Under the pieces are notes generated by a model. That model worked only from the letters and a program-made list of their open reading frames with translations. It was not told the DNA's origin and ran no database searches. 64,000 bases of DNA from assembly GCA_951406725.2 (NCBI GenBank), contig OX597814.1, positions 29,698,001-29,762,000 of the forward strand, given 5' to 3'. The number at the start of each line of letters is the position of its first letter. Positions within the stretch are counted from its first letter, which is position 1. The stretch comes from Octopus vulgaris (taxonomy: Eukaryota). This document shows, piece by piece, positions 1 through 13,650 of this stretch. The position numbers and the translations under genes are program-made.

Positions 1-436
1 CCCTTTATTATGTTTCTGTTTAACCTATGCAAGTATGGCAAAGCAGATATAAAATGAACAAGCAAATGAACAAAATGCATAGACATTAAACTGCACACAC
101 ACATTCCTGACTAACTTGTTTCAATCGCTTTATGTTTTAGTTAAGAAAAATTTTATAAAAATAGAACCATACTATATCTGCAGATACACACACACATCCA
201 CATATATATTTATGAAAGAGAATGGGTGGCAAAGAGAATAGAGTATCAGACAGCTATCGCGTGTGTTGACAGACAGCTAACTCTCTGGTGTTGTGGTCTA
301 ACTAGTAGCAAATAGATTACTGCAGGGTAAGCAGTAATGTAAAACTTATACAGTTGTTTAGCTCTGACTGAGTGCAGTTATGTAGCCTAGTGCTTACAAA
401 CTTGCAATCAAAAAAGTTGTGGGTTCAATTCCTTAA

Positions 437-774
437 CCCTTTTGTTACCATATTTCTGCTGAGATGCTCTGTGTTTATTTCAAGGCGTTAGGAAGGGCAT
501 CCAGCCATAGAAACACTGCCAGATCAGACTGGGCCTGGCGCAGCCTCCTGGCTTCCCAGACCCCGGTTGAACCGTCCAACCCATGCTAGCATGGAAAACG
601 GACGTTAAACGATGATGATGATGATGTAGCAAAGAATTTAGTAAAATAAAGCTAGAGTTAGGAACGTGAATTGTGACTAAGGTTTGGTGGAAGATTTTAG
701 TTCAGAACTTTTGAAAACAAGGCATTTGTATCACAGAGCCAGAGGCGGTTTCAGGCAGGTTGGTATCAAAAGGG
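437..774. mobile_element. piggyBac-like TTAA MITE (family A) containing a SINE fragment
   Basis: TTAA|CCCTTTTG...CAAAAGGG|TTAA termini; internal SINE piece at about 484-626. Confidence 0.75.
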
Positions 775-1253
775 TTAACTGAGCTGTGGGTTGTGTTTTT
801 AAGCAAGGCACTTGATTTCACATTGCTCCAGTCAACTCAGCTGTAATGAGTACCAGCTGAGTGCTGGTGCAGCTGTTTCTCCCTCTATTTATCACATTCT
901 GGATGTTCCACTGGATCAAGGGTCGGCTGAGACTACCAAGACAGTGTTTATGCTTGCTTGCAATTATACAAGCATCTAAAATAATTCATGAAAGCATGGT
1001 ACATACAATTATATACGTCTTTGTGAGTGACTTGTTTTTTGCTTGTTTTTCCTAGTGGAACAGACCTATGATCAAGCCATTCATGACCAACTCTTCATCC
1101 TCAGATATAGTTTGTCATGGCTTTCCTCTTTCAAAGACATTGTGATATGAGTGGTTCAGCTACAATTCCTGGTGGGTCATCAACCAATCAGAGGTTACCT
1201 CAATAGCTTAGTTTGTTGAGTTGAATTAAAATTCTCCTCTGGATAAATCTTAA

Positions 1254-1473
1254 CCCTTTCGTGACTGTATTTATTTTGAGATGCTCTGTATTTCTTTCAA
1301 TTACTTTAAATATAACAAAGAATTTAATAAAATAACTTAGTTATCATTTAGCTAGTGTTAGGAACATAAATTGTGACTAAGATTTGGTAGAAGATTTTAA
1401 TTCAAAACTTATGAAAACAAAACATTTGTACTCAGAGCCAGAGCTGGTTTCAGCCAGGTTGGTAACGAAAGGA
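1254..1473. mobile_element. piggyBac-like TTAA MITE (family A)
   Basis: TTAA|CCCTTTCG...CGAAAGGA|TTAA; collinear with copies at 21905 and 37462. Confidence 0.8.
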
Positions 1474-2829
1474 TTAAAGAGTGATGAACGCTACTGATTT
1501 TACTTAAGGTAAATCTCATGAAAAGGAAGTTTTGATGATAATCTTATGATCCATTTTTTTTTCATGGATTTTGTTACCATTATCTTTTAACTTTTACTTG
1601 TTTCATTCATTGGACTGCAACCATACTGGGGCACTACCTTGAAGGGTTTAATCTAACAAACCATCCTCAGCACTTATTTTTAAATCTAGTACTTATTGTA
1701 TCAATGTCTTTTGCTGAATTACTAAGTTATACTGACATAACCAAACCAACAATCGTCAAGCAGTGGAAAGAGAGTAAACGTAAACCCAAAGATATGCACA
1801 CGTAAACAGGCTTCCACACAGTTACTGTCTGCCAATTTCACTCATGAGGCATTGATTATCATCATTGTTTAACGTCCGTTTTCCATGCTAACATGGGTTG
1901 GATGGTTCAACCAGGGTCTGGGAGGCCTGGAGGCTGCACCAGGTTCCAGTCTGATCTGGCAGTGTTTCTACAGCTGGATGCCCTTCCTAAAGCCAACCAC
2001 TTCGTGAGTGTAGTGGGTGCTTTTTACGTGCCACCGGCACAGGGGCCAGGGGAGGCTGGCAAATGGCCACGATCAGTTGGTGCTTTTACGTGTCACCAAC
2101 ACGGATGCCAGTCAGGCGGCACTGGCATCTGCTACGTTTGGACGGTGCTTTTTATGTGTCACCGGCATGGTTATCTTAACTACAATTTCCATTTATCCTG
2201 GGATATTGAAAAAATTACACACCCAAGGTGCTGCAAAGTGGGACTTAACCTGAAATCATGTGATTGAAAAGTAAGATTCTTAGCCACACAGTTATGCCTG
2301 CACCTGTATCAATAACAGAACAATATTATTTAAAATATTTGCTTTTTCACTGACAACATATTGGAAGTGTCAGACAGAAATCTCTCCAAAGTTAAGAGTT
2401 AAGGAAGTGATTATTTGCTATAGATTATTGGTTTAAAATTTTGTCACAGGGCCAACAAGTTCAGGAGGGAGTAAGTCAGTTACATTGATCTCCATTGGTA
2501 CTTATTTTATCAACCCTGAAAGGATGAAAAGCAAAGTCAACTCAGAACAGAAAGACACATGAAATGTTGCTAAGCATTTTGTCTGCCATGCTAATGGTTC
2601 TGCCAGCTCGGCTCATTTGCTACAGATATTGCATTCATTATAAGTAAAGCATAAAATGACAAGCCATCAGAATTATTTGCACATTGACGAATATACTTAG
2701 TGACATTTCTTCTGATTCTTTACATTTTAAGTTCAAATCTTGCCAAGGTCAACCTAGCCTCTCATCTTTTCGGGATTGATAAAATAAAATAACAGCCAAG
2801 TAGTTGGGCCAATGTAATCAACTTGCTCA

Positions 2830-3400
2830 GTGCATGACTCTGGGCAAGATCTGAGATCCAACACACCACCAAAGTACGGATCTACCAAGCACTAGTGCAA
2901 ACAATTCTCCTTTACGGCAGCAAGTCATGGCCAATGAGAGTGGAAGATATTAAGCGACTAGAATCCTTCGATCACCTCTGTCTACGCCGTATCCTTCATG
3001 TCCAATGGCATCACTTTGTCTCCAACAATTCGGTGCGACACCAGTGCAGAATCACCTCCCTCCGACAAGTCATCCTAACGAGATGTCTGCGTTGGCTGGG
3101 GTCATGCCCTCCGTCGTCAACCAGGAGAATTCATCTACGAAGCAATTTCCCCAGCTCCCCTTCAGGGCTGGTGAAAGCAATGTGGTGGACAACGAAAAAC
3201 CTAGCTGATGACAGTCAAGGCTGATCTGGAATCCGACCTAGGTCCCCATATCTACAGCGTTCACAGCTGGAATAAGGAGTGGTTGGAGATCACGCGGTCG
3301 TTAGCCTCAAATCGCCAGGCCTGGTCGACATTTGTGAGAAATGCAGCATTGAGGATGAATGAAGCCAGCTCAACCCACCCTGGGTGAATGCTGTAAGAAA
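2830..3400 (+). mobile_element. RTE-like LINE 3' fragment
   Basis: TKVRIYQALVQTILLYGSKSW...LESFDHLCLRRIL...LRWLG, typical of the RTE C-terminal region; frameshifted. Confidence 0.8.
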
Positions 3401-4630
3401 AAGAAGAATCAACTTGCCCCACCATCCTAAAATTTACTGGCCTTGTGTCGAAATTAAGAATTGTAAGCCAGGTACTTAACTATACTCAATTTAGTCTTCC
3501 AGTGCAACTGCATAAATTTGAATAAATAATTAAAAGAAAAACAGTCTATTTAGTCAGTGCACATTGCTTTCACAAGTCTGAACAGTAAATTATAGGATTG
3601 GTGTTCAGTTTCAATCTTTGTAGAAAAATGTCAGAGATGGATAAAATTGTTGTGAACTATTGTATACAGTAATAGATAAAACCATCCCTATTGTACAGAA
3701 TTATTTGCTTGCTATAGGTAGCTAGATAGCTAATGATTTACAGCGATATGAAAAAATTTTATCATAAATAACTAAAAAAAGTTTAATAGGTATTAGAGGA
3801 AGGGGGATAAAAACTGCTGGTATTGTAACTTTTTCTGGTATTGTTACAGATTTTGATTGCTGGGAGAATGACAACATAAATGAAAAAAACATATATAAAT
3901 AAATAAAGGAAAAAGTATACGGGTTGGGGTGGGGGTAAGACAAGAATCATATTTCTTAAAGATAACAGCAGCCATAAAAGTAGCAGTTTTGCATTCTCAC
4001 ATATTAGATACACAAACAGCAGCAACAGTAGTAGCAGTAGTTTATAGGATATATGCAAACTACATTTAAATTATCAATGTTTTATGTCTGTTTTCCTCGT
4101 TGGCATAGATTGGTTTGGTGGGTCCTCGTCACGGCTGGAATTAGCATGCACTCAGGGATACTGCTCCCCTAGATGGGTCAGGGGACCTCATCTTGCTCAC
4201 ATTATATTTTTGGCTTGGTTTTTACAGCTAGATGACCTTTCTAAGACACCAACCACTTTACAGAGTATACTGGGTGCTTTTATCACAGCACCAGCACTAG
4301 AGAGGTGCCATGTCCTTGACAAGACTAAAAGGTTTTCACACTCTCACACTTTATAGAGTGTACTGGGGGTATTTTTCATGACACCAGCACTAGATTTTGT
4401 ATAATGAATAGAAATAGGAAACAAGAGTTTAGTGAATTATTTTTTACCTCATTAGAAGCACCACATGCAGTATATCATATTCTGGTAGAATGGTTAATTG
4501 ATTGTAGCAGTTCTGATACCCAGTAAAATTAGGAATTGTAGTTAGACAATTGTTGAATAATGGCTAAGATTTCTTTCTTTCCAATGCGAGAGGGAAAAGT
4601 TAAAGAAACCAGTACATCAGTAGGCAATAT

Positions 4631-4987
4631 TACTCTTTTACTTGTTTCAGTCATTTGACTGCGGCCATATCGACCCCGGGACTTATTCTTTGTAAGCCCA
4701 GTACTTATTCTATTGGTTTCTTTTGCCGACGGGGACGTAAACACACCAGCATCGGTTGTCAAGCAATGCTAGGGGGACAAACACAGACACACAAACACAT
4801 AATATATATATATACATATATACGACAGGCTTCTTTCAGTTTCCGTCTACCAAATCCACTCACAAGGCATTGGTCGGCCTGGGGCTATAGCAGAAGACAC
4901 TTGCCCAAGATGCCACGCAGTGGGAACTGAACCCGGAACCATGTGGTTGGTTAGCAAGCTACTTACCACACAGCCACTCCTGCGCCT
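4631..4987 (-). mobile_element. SINE family 1 copy
   Basis: Reverse complement of 5212-5615 with small deletions. Confidence 0.85.
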
Positions 4988-5211
4988 GTTTGTTTTTTAA
5001 CAAAAATTACAATGAAATATTTTAAAGAAGTGTGATGATGTTATATGGCAACAAACTATGTGGCAGTATGAATGAAGAAGTTCTTCAGCATCCACTGGAG
5101 GAAATTGATATAGTTCTTGAGATGTACAATATTATGAGAAAGGTTAAATATCATTGACTGTGAAAAGCAACAGGGTATCAACTATATTGTCCAATGCATG
5201 CAAAACTCTAT

Positions 5212-5615
5212 AGGCATAGGTGCAGGAGTGGCTGTGTGGTAAGTAGATTGTTTACCAACCACATGGTTCCGGGTTCAGTCCCACTGCGTGGCATCTTGGG
5301 CAAGTGTCTTCTACTATAGCCTCGGGCCGACCAAAGCCTTGTGAGTGGATTTGGTAGACGGAAACTGAAAGAAGCCCGTCGTATATATATGCGTGTGTGT
5401 GTTTGTGTGTCTGTGTTTGTCCCCCTAGCATTGCTTGACAACCGATGCTGGTGTGTTTATGTCCCCGTTACTTTGCAGTTCGGCAAAAGAGACCGATAGA
5501 ATAAGTACTGGGCTTACAAAAGAATAAGTCCTGGGGTCGAGTTGCTCGATTAAAGGCGGTGCTCCAGCATGGCCACAGTCAAATGACTGAAACAAGTAAA
5601 AGAGTAAAAGAGAGA
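5212..5615 (+). mobile_element. tRNA-derived SINE family 1 (CORE-like body, internal TA/TG microsatellite, LINE-like tail)
   Basis: A box tggctgtgtgg, B box ggttcagtccc, ttgggcaagtgtc body, tail ...gactgaaacaagtaaaagag. More decayed copies at about 1593, 7725, 8660, 12185, 23710, 51458 and 59385. Confidence 0.85.
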
Positions 5616-8349
5616 GAGAGGTGTGGTTATGTAGCATAAATGCATTATGTGTATTAGGAGAAAGAGTGCCAAGATTTAGTAGTGGGATGTAGCTTTGAAG
5701 ATATAAGCTGAAGGCTTTGCTGTGTGGTTATGAAGCTTACTTCCCAACCGTGAGGTCTCAGGTTGTCCTACAGTGTGGCACCTTGGGCAACTTTTTCCAA
5801 ATATTGCAAGTGTTTTCTACTATTTAGTAGATCAAAAACTGAAAAAAGCCCATCATATGTATGTGTGGGTGTACCTTGTCTTGACATCACATAATGGTTG
5901 TAAATGAGCATCACCATCATACAAGCGATGCTATTAAATTTCTAGTCCTCTGGCAAAAACATGTTTGGTCATGGGGAGAAAATATTACCTTGCATGGAAA
6001 ACAAGTGAGGGTTTGTGACAGGGAGAGCATCATGTTGTGGAAATTTTGCTTCAATAAATTTGTCTGACCTGAGTCAGATTTTTCATCTGCCTTCCTCTGG
6101 AACTTTTTAGGAGGAGGAATCAAGTTGATTCCATTGACCTTGGTACTTGGCTGTTATTCTAAGTTGCAAGGATAAGTGGAGCTTAAATAATGATGATGAT
6201 GATGATGATATTGAAGCTTGGGAAAGAACAGCAAGGATAGACAAGAGCAATGGAGTCCAGCTTATTCGCTTTGCAGCTGAAATGACAAACTTTCTATCAA
6301 CCTGATGAGTTGTGGCACACCTGAATACTATATACAATATTCTCATTAATAATCCTCTCCCTCAAATTTTAAGCTTTGTACTTATAGTAGACAGGATTAT
6401 TATTATTATTATTATTATTAAGGCAGAATCTTTAGCATGCCAGACAAAACGCTTAGTGGTATTTCAGCGGCGAGCTGGCAGAAATGTTAGCACGCCGGGC
6501 GAAATGCTTAGCGGTATTTCGTCTGCGTTACGTTGTGAGTTCAAATTCCGCCGAGGTCGACTTTGCCTTTCATCCTTTCGGGGTCGATAAATTAAGTACC
6601 AGTTACGCACTGGGGTCGATGTAATCGACTTAATACCTATGTCTGTCCTTGTTTGTCCCCTCTGTGTTTAGCCCCTTGTGGGTAATAAAGAAATAGGTAT
6701 TTCATCTGCTGCTACATTCTGGGTTCAAGTTCTGCCGCGGTTGACTTCACCTTTCAGGGTCGATAATTAAGTACCAGTGAAACACCAGGGTTTGACGTAA
6801 TTGAGTAGTCCCTTCCCACCAAATTTCAGGCCTTGTACCTAGAGCAGGAAGAATTATTGTTATTAAAGCACCCACTACACTCACGGAGTGGTTGGCATTA
6901 GGAAGGGCATCCAGCCGTAGAAACACTGCCAGATCTGACTGGGCCTGATGAAGCCTTCCGGCTTCACAGACCCCAGTTGAACCGTCCAACTCATGCTAGC
7001 ATGGAAAACGGACGCTAAATGATGATGATGAAGGCAGTGAGCAGGCAGAATTGTTAGCACACCAGAGGCATTTTATCTGTCTTTATGTTCAAAGTTCAAA
7101 TTCTGTTGAGGTTGACTTTGCCTTTCATCCTTTAGGGATTTATAAAATAAGTACCAGTTGAGCACTGGGATTGATGTAACCGGCTAGTCTGCTCCATCAA
7201 GCTTGATACGATAAAAGATTTCAAGCAATACTCGTGAATCTATGTAGACAAGTAACAAATATGCTTTTTCAACAACAAAATCAAAGTATTTCTTCTGTCA
7301 ACTTACAGATTTTATAAATATAACATATCTCCTATTGCTCCATGCCATGTAACTTGAAGGAGTCCTGAGAATTAAACTCAACATATAAATATAGATATGT
7401 ATAGTGATAATGGTTTTAAAAGCCAGCCACGCCTGGCACCTGTGCCGGTGGCATGTAAAAAGCACCCACTACACTTACAGAGTCGTTGGCATTAGGAAGG
7501 GCATCCAGCTGTAGAAACACTGCCAGATCAGACTGGAGCCTGGTGCAGCCTTCTGGCTTCCCAGACCCCTGTCGAACCATCCAACCCATGCTAGCATGGA
7601 AAACAGACATTAAACAATGATGATGATGATGTCATAAATATATCTTTAAAAGTAAAATCTGCAATTTCATCTAATGTTCATCCATTTCAAGAGCCATCCT
7701 ACATTTCAGTTAGGAATATATATATTGGTGCAAGCATGGCAAGAAGTTTGCTTTCCAACTACATAGTTCTGGGTTCAGTCCCACTTTGTGGCACATTGGA
7801 CATGGATTTTGTAGTATAGCCTTGAGCCAACCAAAGCTTTGTGAGTGGATTTGGTTGATGGAAACTGAAACAAACCCATTCTGTATATATATGTCTGTTC
7901 TTTGCAACATTTGACATCTGGTGTCGGTTCATTTACGTCCCCATAATTTAGCAGTTCAGCAACAAACTAATAGAATAAGAAGCCAGATTTTAAAAAATAA
8001 GTACTAGGGTCAATCTTTCAAGGAGGTGGCCCAGCATAGCAGCAGTACAATGACTGAAACAAGTAAAAGATGAAAAAAAAGGTGTAATCAATTTTATAAA
8101 CCTAGTAATTTTTGCCAATTTTGTGTAAAGCATGTGGTTACTTCAATAAGTCAAACTTGGATCCATGTCACATTAAACAATCCTGAAAAATAAATCAAAA
8201 TACTGAAAACAAGTTAAAAAAGCAAACAAACCACACACACACACAACATGACTAAAGAGGAAATCCTATTTTCTTTATTTTTTCTAGAGTAAATATTTTG
8301 TTTAATCCTTTCCATATTAGCTCATATATTTAAAAATATTTTTTTATAG

Positions 8350-8496
8350 CTTAGTCAAGATGGAAGGGCCCAAGACTCTTTTCAGGCCCTTGGTACTAAT
8401 GAAGAGGAACAGAAAGTTTATTGTCAAACCAGAAATCTTGCAAGAAAGTGGAATCCATTAAAGACAACAGATGACCAAGTAGTAGCATTAAATCAG
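8350..8496 (+). CDS. Candidate 147-nt exon of an unidentified plus-strand gene
   Basis: Poly-T acceptor tttttttatag, 49 open codons (LSQDGRAQDSFQALGTNEEEQKVYCQTRNLARKWNPLKTTDDQVVALNQ), then CAG|gtgtga. No recognisable domain. Confidence 0.2.
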
Positions 8497-9269
8497 GTGT
8501 GAATTATATTCTAGTCACCCAAGGAAGCCATGGTGGAATTTGGACCCAGAATGTAAAAAGTCTTAATATAGCAAAGCATCCCATCTAATAATTCTACCAA
8601 ACCTCTGCCCTAGATTGGTGCTTATTGATCCTGGAAGGATGAAAGGCAAAATTGATCCCAGTACTTTTTTTTAAGCCTGGTACTTATTCTGTTGATCTCT
8701 TTTGCCAAACTGCTAAGTTACAAGGATGTAAACACACCAACACCGGTTGTAGAGGACAAACACACACATACAGATATATAATATGGCCATTTTTCAGTTT
8801 TTGTTTATTAAATCCATTCACAAGGCTTTGGCCAGCCTGAGGCTATAATAGAAGACACCTGTCCAAGGTGCTACATGAAGTGGGACTGAACTTGAGGTCA
8901 TGTGGTTGGGGCAAACTTTTCAGTGAATGTTTTTATAAATCTTATTTTAAAAATTAAAATATTGAGGCCATATATTTTTGTTAGGAATACGGTCACAGAA
9001 GCGTAAATAGAGGTTGCTCAATTAGTAGTTAATAATAATAATATTGGCTTCAAATTTTGGCACAAAGCCAGCAGTTTTTGAAGGGAAGGAGGGGTCGATT
9101 ATGTGGATCCCAGTACTTGACTAGTATTTATTTTATCAACTCCAAAAGCATGAAAGGCAAAGTTGACCATGGTGGAATATGAACTCAGAACATAAAGACA
9201 GATGAAAAGCATTTTGTCCGGATTGCTAAGGGTTCTGCTAACTCATCTTGTTAAATAATAATATAAATG

Positions 9270-9515
9270 GGCCCTTTTAAAGCCTAGCCAGGCTCATGGG
9301 TCCAGTTTCCCGGTTTCAATGGCGTAAGTGTTCTCCAGCTGGATGGGACACCAGTCCATCGCAGCGTTATTCATTTTTGCCAGCTGAGTGGACTGGAGCA
9401 ACGTGAAATGAAGTGTTTGGCTCAAGAACACAATGCGTCGCCCGGTCCAGGAATCGAAACCACAATCTTACGATCATGATGCTGACACCCAAACCACTAA
9501 GCCACGCGCTTCCAC
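9270..9515 (-). mobile_element. tRNA-derived SINE (head like the 55437 copy, tail like the 30394 copy)
   Basis: A and B boxes, CORE-like body, ctgcgatggactgg...ctggctaggc tail. Confidence 0.8.
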
Positions 9516-9935
9516 AAATAATAATAATAATATTGGCTTCATATTTTGGCACAAGGTCAAAAATTTCAGGGGAGGGGGTTAAGTTGATAACATTAAACAC
9601 AGTCCTCAACTGGTCCTTATTTTATCAACACTGAAAGGATGAAAGGCAAAGTGAACCTTGACAGAATTTGAACTCAGGACATAAAGACAGATGAAACGCT
9701 GGTAAACATTTTGACCAGATTGCTGATGGTTCTGTCAACTCACCACCTTGTACTTAATATTATTAAATATCATAAACTCTCTAGATGAATTTTCACATTA
9801 ACATCAACATTAATGAATGTAACTCAATTAGAAGTCAGTGATATTTAACACTTTTGATACTAACCTGCAGAGATCACCTTTTTATTTCTGTGATACTAAC
9901 TTGGAGTGACTTAAATCTAACACACTAACATTTAA

Positions 9936-10156
9936 CCCTTTAGCATTTAAACCGGCCATATCCGGCCAAAAGTATTCTGCCTGTTTTATGTTCAAACTGG
10001 CCAGATCTGGTCACTCACACCAGCCCTACAATATTGTTTTAAAAATTAACAGCTACCTCATCAAAATCCCATAGCTACAAGATAATGCATGATTAGTTCA
10101 AAACAATGTGGATGAAGAAGCATTAATTTTGGCAGAATAATGCGAACACTAAAGGG
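9936..10156. mobile_element. piggyBac-like TTAA MITE (family B)
   Basis: TTAA|CCCTTTAG...CTAAAGGG|TTAA; highly similar to 44622-44842. Confidence 0.85.
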
Positions 10157-10589
10157 TTAAACTGGTCATATTTGGCCTCTCACACCTAAACTACAAGGTC
10201 ATTCTAAAAATAAACAATCAATCATCAAAATCTTGAAGCTATGAGATAATGCATAAGTAATTCAAAGCAATGTAGATAAATAAGCATTACAGTTGACAAA
10301 ATAATCTGAATGCTATCAAAATTCTGTTATGTTTTCTAAACACCAGCTTGATAAAGACAAACTTACTTTACTATAGCCATTACTTTTGAAATCAATCGAA
10401 ATAAAGGCAAGGTATTTTAAAAGAAATGTTCCTATATTTAGATACATTCTACTCCCATTGATAGCCAAGCGTAACAAATTTTGTTTGAAACAGTAAATGG
10501 TGACATTGTAGCAACAAATCTTAAAACACACACACCCCTCTGACTCATGTCTATGTAGGATAACTTAATCTAATAACAAACTTATTTTT

Positions 10590-10848
10590 CGTTTTTGGAT
10601 TTGGTTTGCAAGATTCTTTATGTGAGTTCGTGTGTTGAAGCATATTCTGTTGTGTCTGGGGGGAATCATTTTCTTTTTGTGCCTTACAGTGTAACACACT
10701 CACCGGTAACATTTCCACTTATTCTCCTATTGAAAAGGTTGCAAGACGCACCGAAAATTTTAGGAAAATTTTAAGTGGAAATTTTACCGGTGAGTGTGTT
10801 ACATTGTAAGGCACAAAAAGAAAATGATTCTCCCTAGACACAACAAAA
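10590..10848. mobile_element. Penelope-like remnant forming a long inverted repeat
   Basis: Arms of about 76 bp (10645-10721 and 10772-10848) are reverse complements; the spacer has a hammerhead-like core. Confidence 0.55.
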
Positions 10849-12783
10849 CTTATTTTTATTTCAAGCATATTCAAAGTGATGAATATAACTGTCTGCTTCA
10901 TCATAACTTGAAGATTTATTTCTGCAAAAACAAAAACCACTTAAAAAAAAAAATTTCAAAACAGAAACAAACTTGCTGATTACTTTTTACTTCTCTATTT
11001 TATGTGCCAAGTCTCATTTGACTTGGTCAAAAGTGAAACTTCTTCTATTACCTCTCCGTGCCGGTGGCACGTAAAATACACCAATCCGACCATGGCCGTT
11101 GCCAGCCTCGCCTGGCACCTGTGCAGGTGGCACGTAAAAAGCACCCACTACACTCACAGTGATTGGCGTTAGGAAAGGCATCCAGCTGTAGAAACATTGC
11201 CAGATAAGACTGGAGCAGCCTTCTGGCTTTCCAGATCCCCGGTCGAACCGTCCAACCCATGCTAGCATGGAGAACGGATGTTAAATGATGATGATGATGT
11301 TTACATCAATGTCTTTGTGCCCGTGTTGTGTTAAAAGCACATGAGCTGGCACCACATTAAAAGCACTCATGCCATTTTATGAAAAATGGCACCCAGTACA
11401 CTCTGTCAAGTGCTTGGCATTAGGAAGGGTATCCAGTCAGAGAAACCATGCCAAAACATATAGGAACCCAAGCAGCTTCCCAGCCAGCCAGTTCCTGTCA
11501 GCATGGAAAGTGGATGTTAAATGATGGTGTCTTTTGTCCTGTCATTTCCAACCATATCCACCATTTTTCTAACAATTGGAAAATAAAATACTCTGCTTTA
11601 ATATATCTCAATAAACCTACACATTCTCCATGAATCAAATTTGTAATGTATTTCACATATTCTTTTCACTATCAACTCCAGAAAATAGAATCAAATTACA
11701 ATCTTTCTACACAAGGTTAACCTACTGGAAAGTAAATAGCTTTTGTACTGCTAAAATCTTTAGGGATTATATTTGAGAGAGAGAAAGGTGGATTGAAGTA
11801 TGAAGAATATGTATGTGGGACAGAGAAAGACAGAGGGAAGTAGAATTAAGCAGTATGTGTGAGAGTAGTAGTTGTTTAGTCCCAGTGTCAACTCTGAGCA
11901 ATCTTATGATCAAAGGTATTCCAGCCATGACAACCCCATCTTTTTTTCATATATTAATAATGACACGGTTTAACAGATCCTAAAAAAAAGGGTAAAGTGT
12001 GATGGGAAAAATTTGGTTGCTATTTCTTGCAGGCCAAGCAATCTCAAAGGGGTTCCTTGGTGGTACAGCAATGTAGTCCTGAACAGTGACATTCTTTCCC
12101 CAAACCTAAATCAACCCTCACTATAGGAAATTGCTCTGATAATTGGGCAAAAATCTAAGATATTGTCACTAAAACATATCTTATCTTTTACTTGTTTCAG
12201 TCTTTGGTCTGTGGCTATGCTGGAGCACCACCTCGAAGAGTTTAGTTGAACAAATCAAAATCTATACTTAGTTTTTTCTAAGCTTTGTACTTATTCTATT
12301 GGTCTATTTTCACTGAACCACTAAGCTTTGGGGATATAAACAAACCAATACCGGCTGTCAAGTGGCAGTGCAGAGAAATACAAACACACATATATAATCT
12401 ACACACAAGATAGAATTCTTTCAATTTCCATCAAACAAATCCACTCACAAGGCTTTAGTCAGCTCAGGGATACAGAAGGCACTGTCGTGGGATTGAACCA
12501 AAGACCACATTGATAGGAAGCAAACTGTTACCAAATACCATTTCACAGCTGATCTTATTGATCATGTGTCTGCAGGAGCATCACCCAATATCTAGGAGTG
12601 TGATTTCTTTTGTTAAGTCATGGGTGTCTTATTAAGAATTGAATTTGCTAACACATGAATCTATCATACTACTTGGCAGCTTCGTCAAGGGTCTTTTACC
12701 ATAGCATTCAGATCATCAGTGCTTTGTGAGCTGAATTTAGTAGTCAGCAAATGAGTGGAAGCCAGTTGTGTATAAATATATAT

Positions 12784-13000
12784 TTTTTTTACTACCCACA
12801 CAGAGGGGACAAACAAGGACAGACAGGCGGATTAAGTCGATTACATCGACCCCAGTGCGTAACTGGAACTTAATTTATCGACCCCGAAAGGATGAAAGGC
12901 AAAGTCGACCTCGGTGGAATTTGAACTCAGAACGTGACGGCAGACAAAATACCGTGAAGCATTTTGCCCGGCGTGCTAACGTTTCTGCCAGCTCGCCGCC
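12784..13000 (-). mobile_element. SINE family 3 copy with TSD
   Basis: Flanked by ttgtgtataaatatatat direct repeats. Confidence 0.85.
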
Positions 13001-13369
13001 TTGTGTATAAATATATATATATTATCCATTCATTAAACATCTGTCTTTCCATATAAGTTATTTGAGGCAGGATTTTAGGGTTGGATGTGCTTCTTGGCAA
13101 CAATCAACTGTTTTACAAGAGATTTTTATATTCCACCTGTATTTCAAAGGATAGAGCAACTAATCATTAACATTGTTTTGTTCATGCAGTGACAAGTGAA
13201 ATAATGCATTCATTTGCATATACATTACATACACTTACAGGTGAAACTTGGAGTAACAAGAGACTGACTTGACTAAAATAAAATATATCATTAATATCAG
13301 CTATGGTACTGCATACTATTTTTTCCAACAGTTAACAACTGTGTGTGTGCGTGTGTATATATCTAAAGT

Positions 13370-13650
13370 GTGGAGGCGCAATGGCTCAGTGGTTAGGGCA
13401 GCGAACTCGCGGTCGTAGGATTGTGGTTTCAATTCCCAGATCGGGCGTTGTGAGTGTTTAACGAGCGAAAACACCTGAAGCTCCACGAGGTTCTGGCGAT
13501 CCCTGCTGTACTCTTTTGCTGCAACTTTCTCTCACTCTTTCTTCTGCTGGCTTAGCCAGCAGGGTGGCATCATTTGAAGGCTAAAGCAATGCAAAGAGCA
13601 TTGTGACCAGCAATGTGTAGCAACATCTGATAGCCTGGTTGGTCACATGA
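13370..13650 (+). mobile_element. tRNA-derived SINE (head like the 30394 copy, different tail)
   Basis: gtggaggcgcaatggctcagtggttagggc...gagcgaaaacacctgaagctccacgagg. Confidence 0.75.

Noticed and set aside
1893-2267. Recurring ORFs containing LAVFLQLDALPNANH (also at 6747, 7416, 18759, 19273, 27785, 34160 and 35320)
   Set aside because: Antisense translations of family-2 repeats; frames are not conserved between copies.
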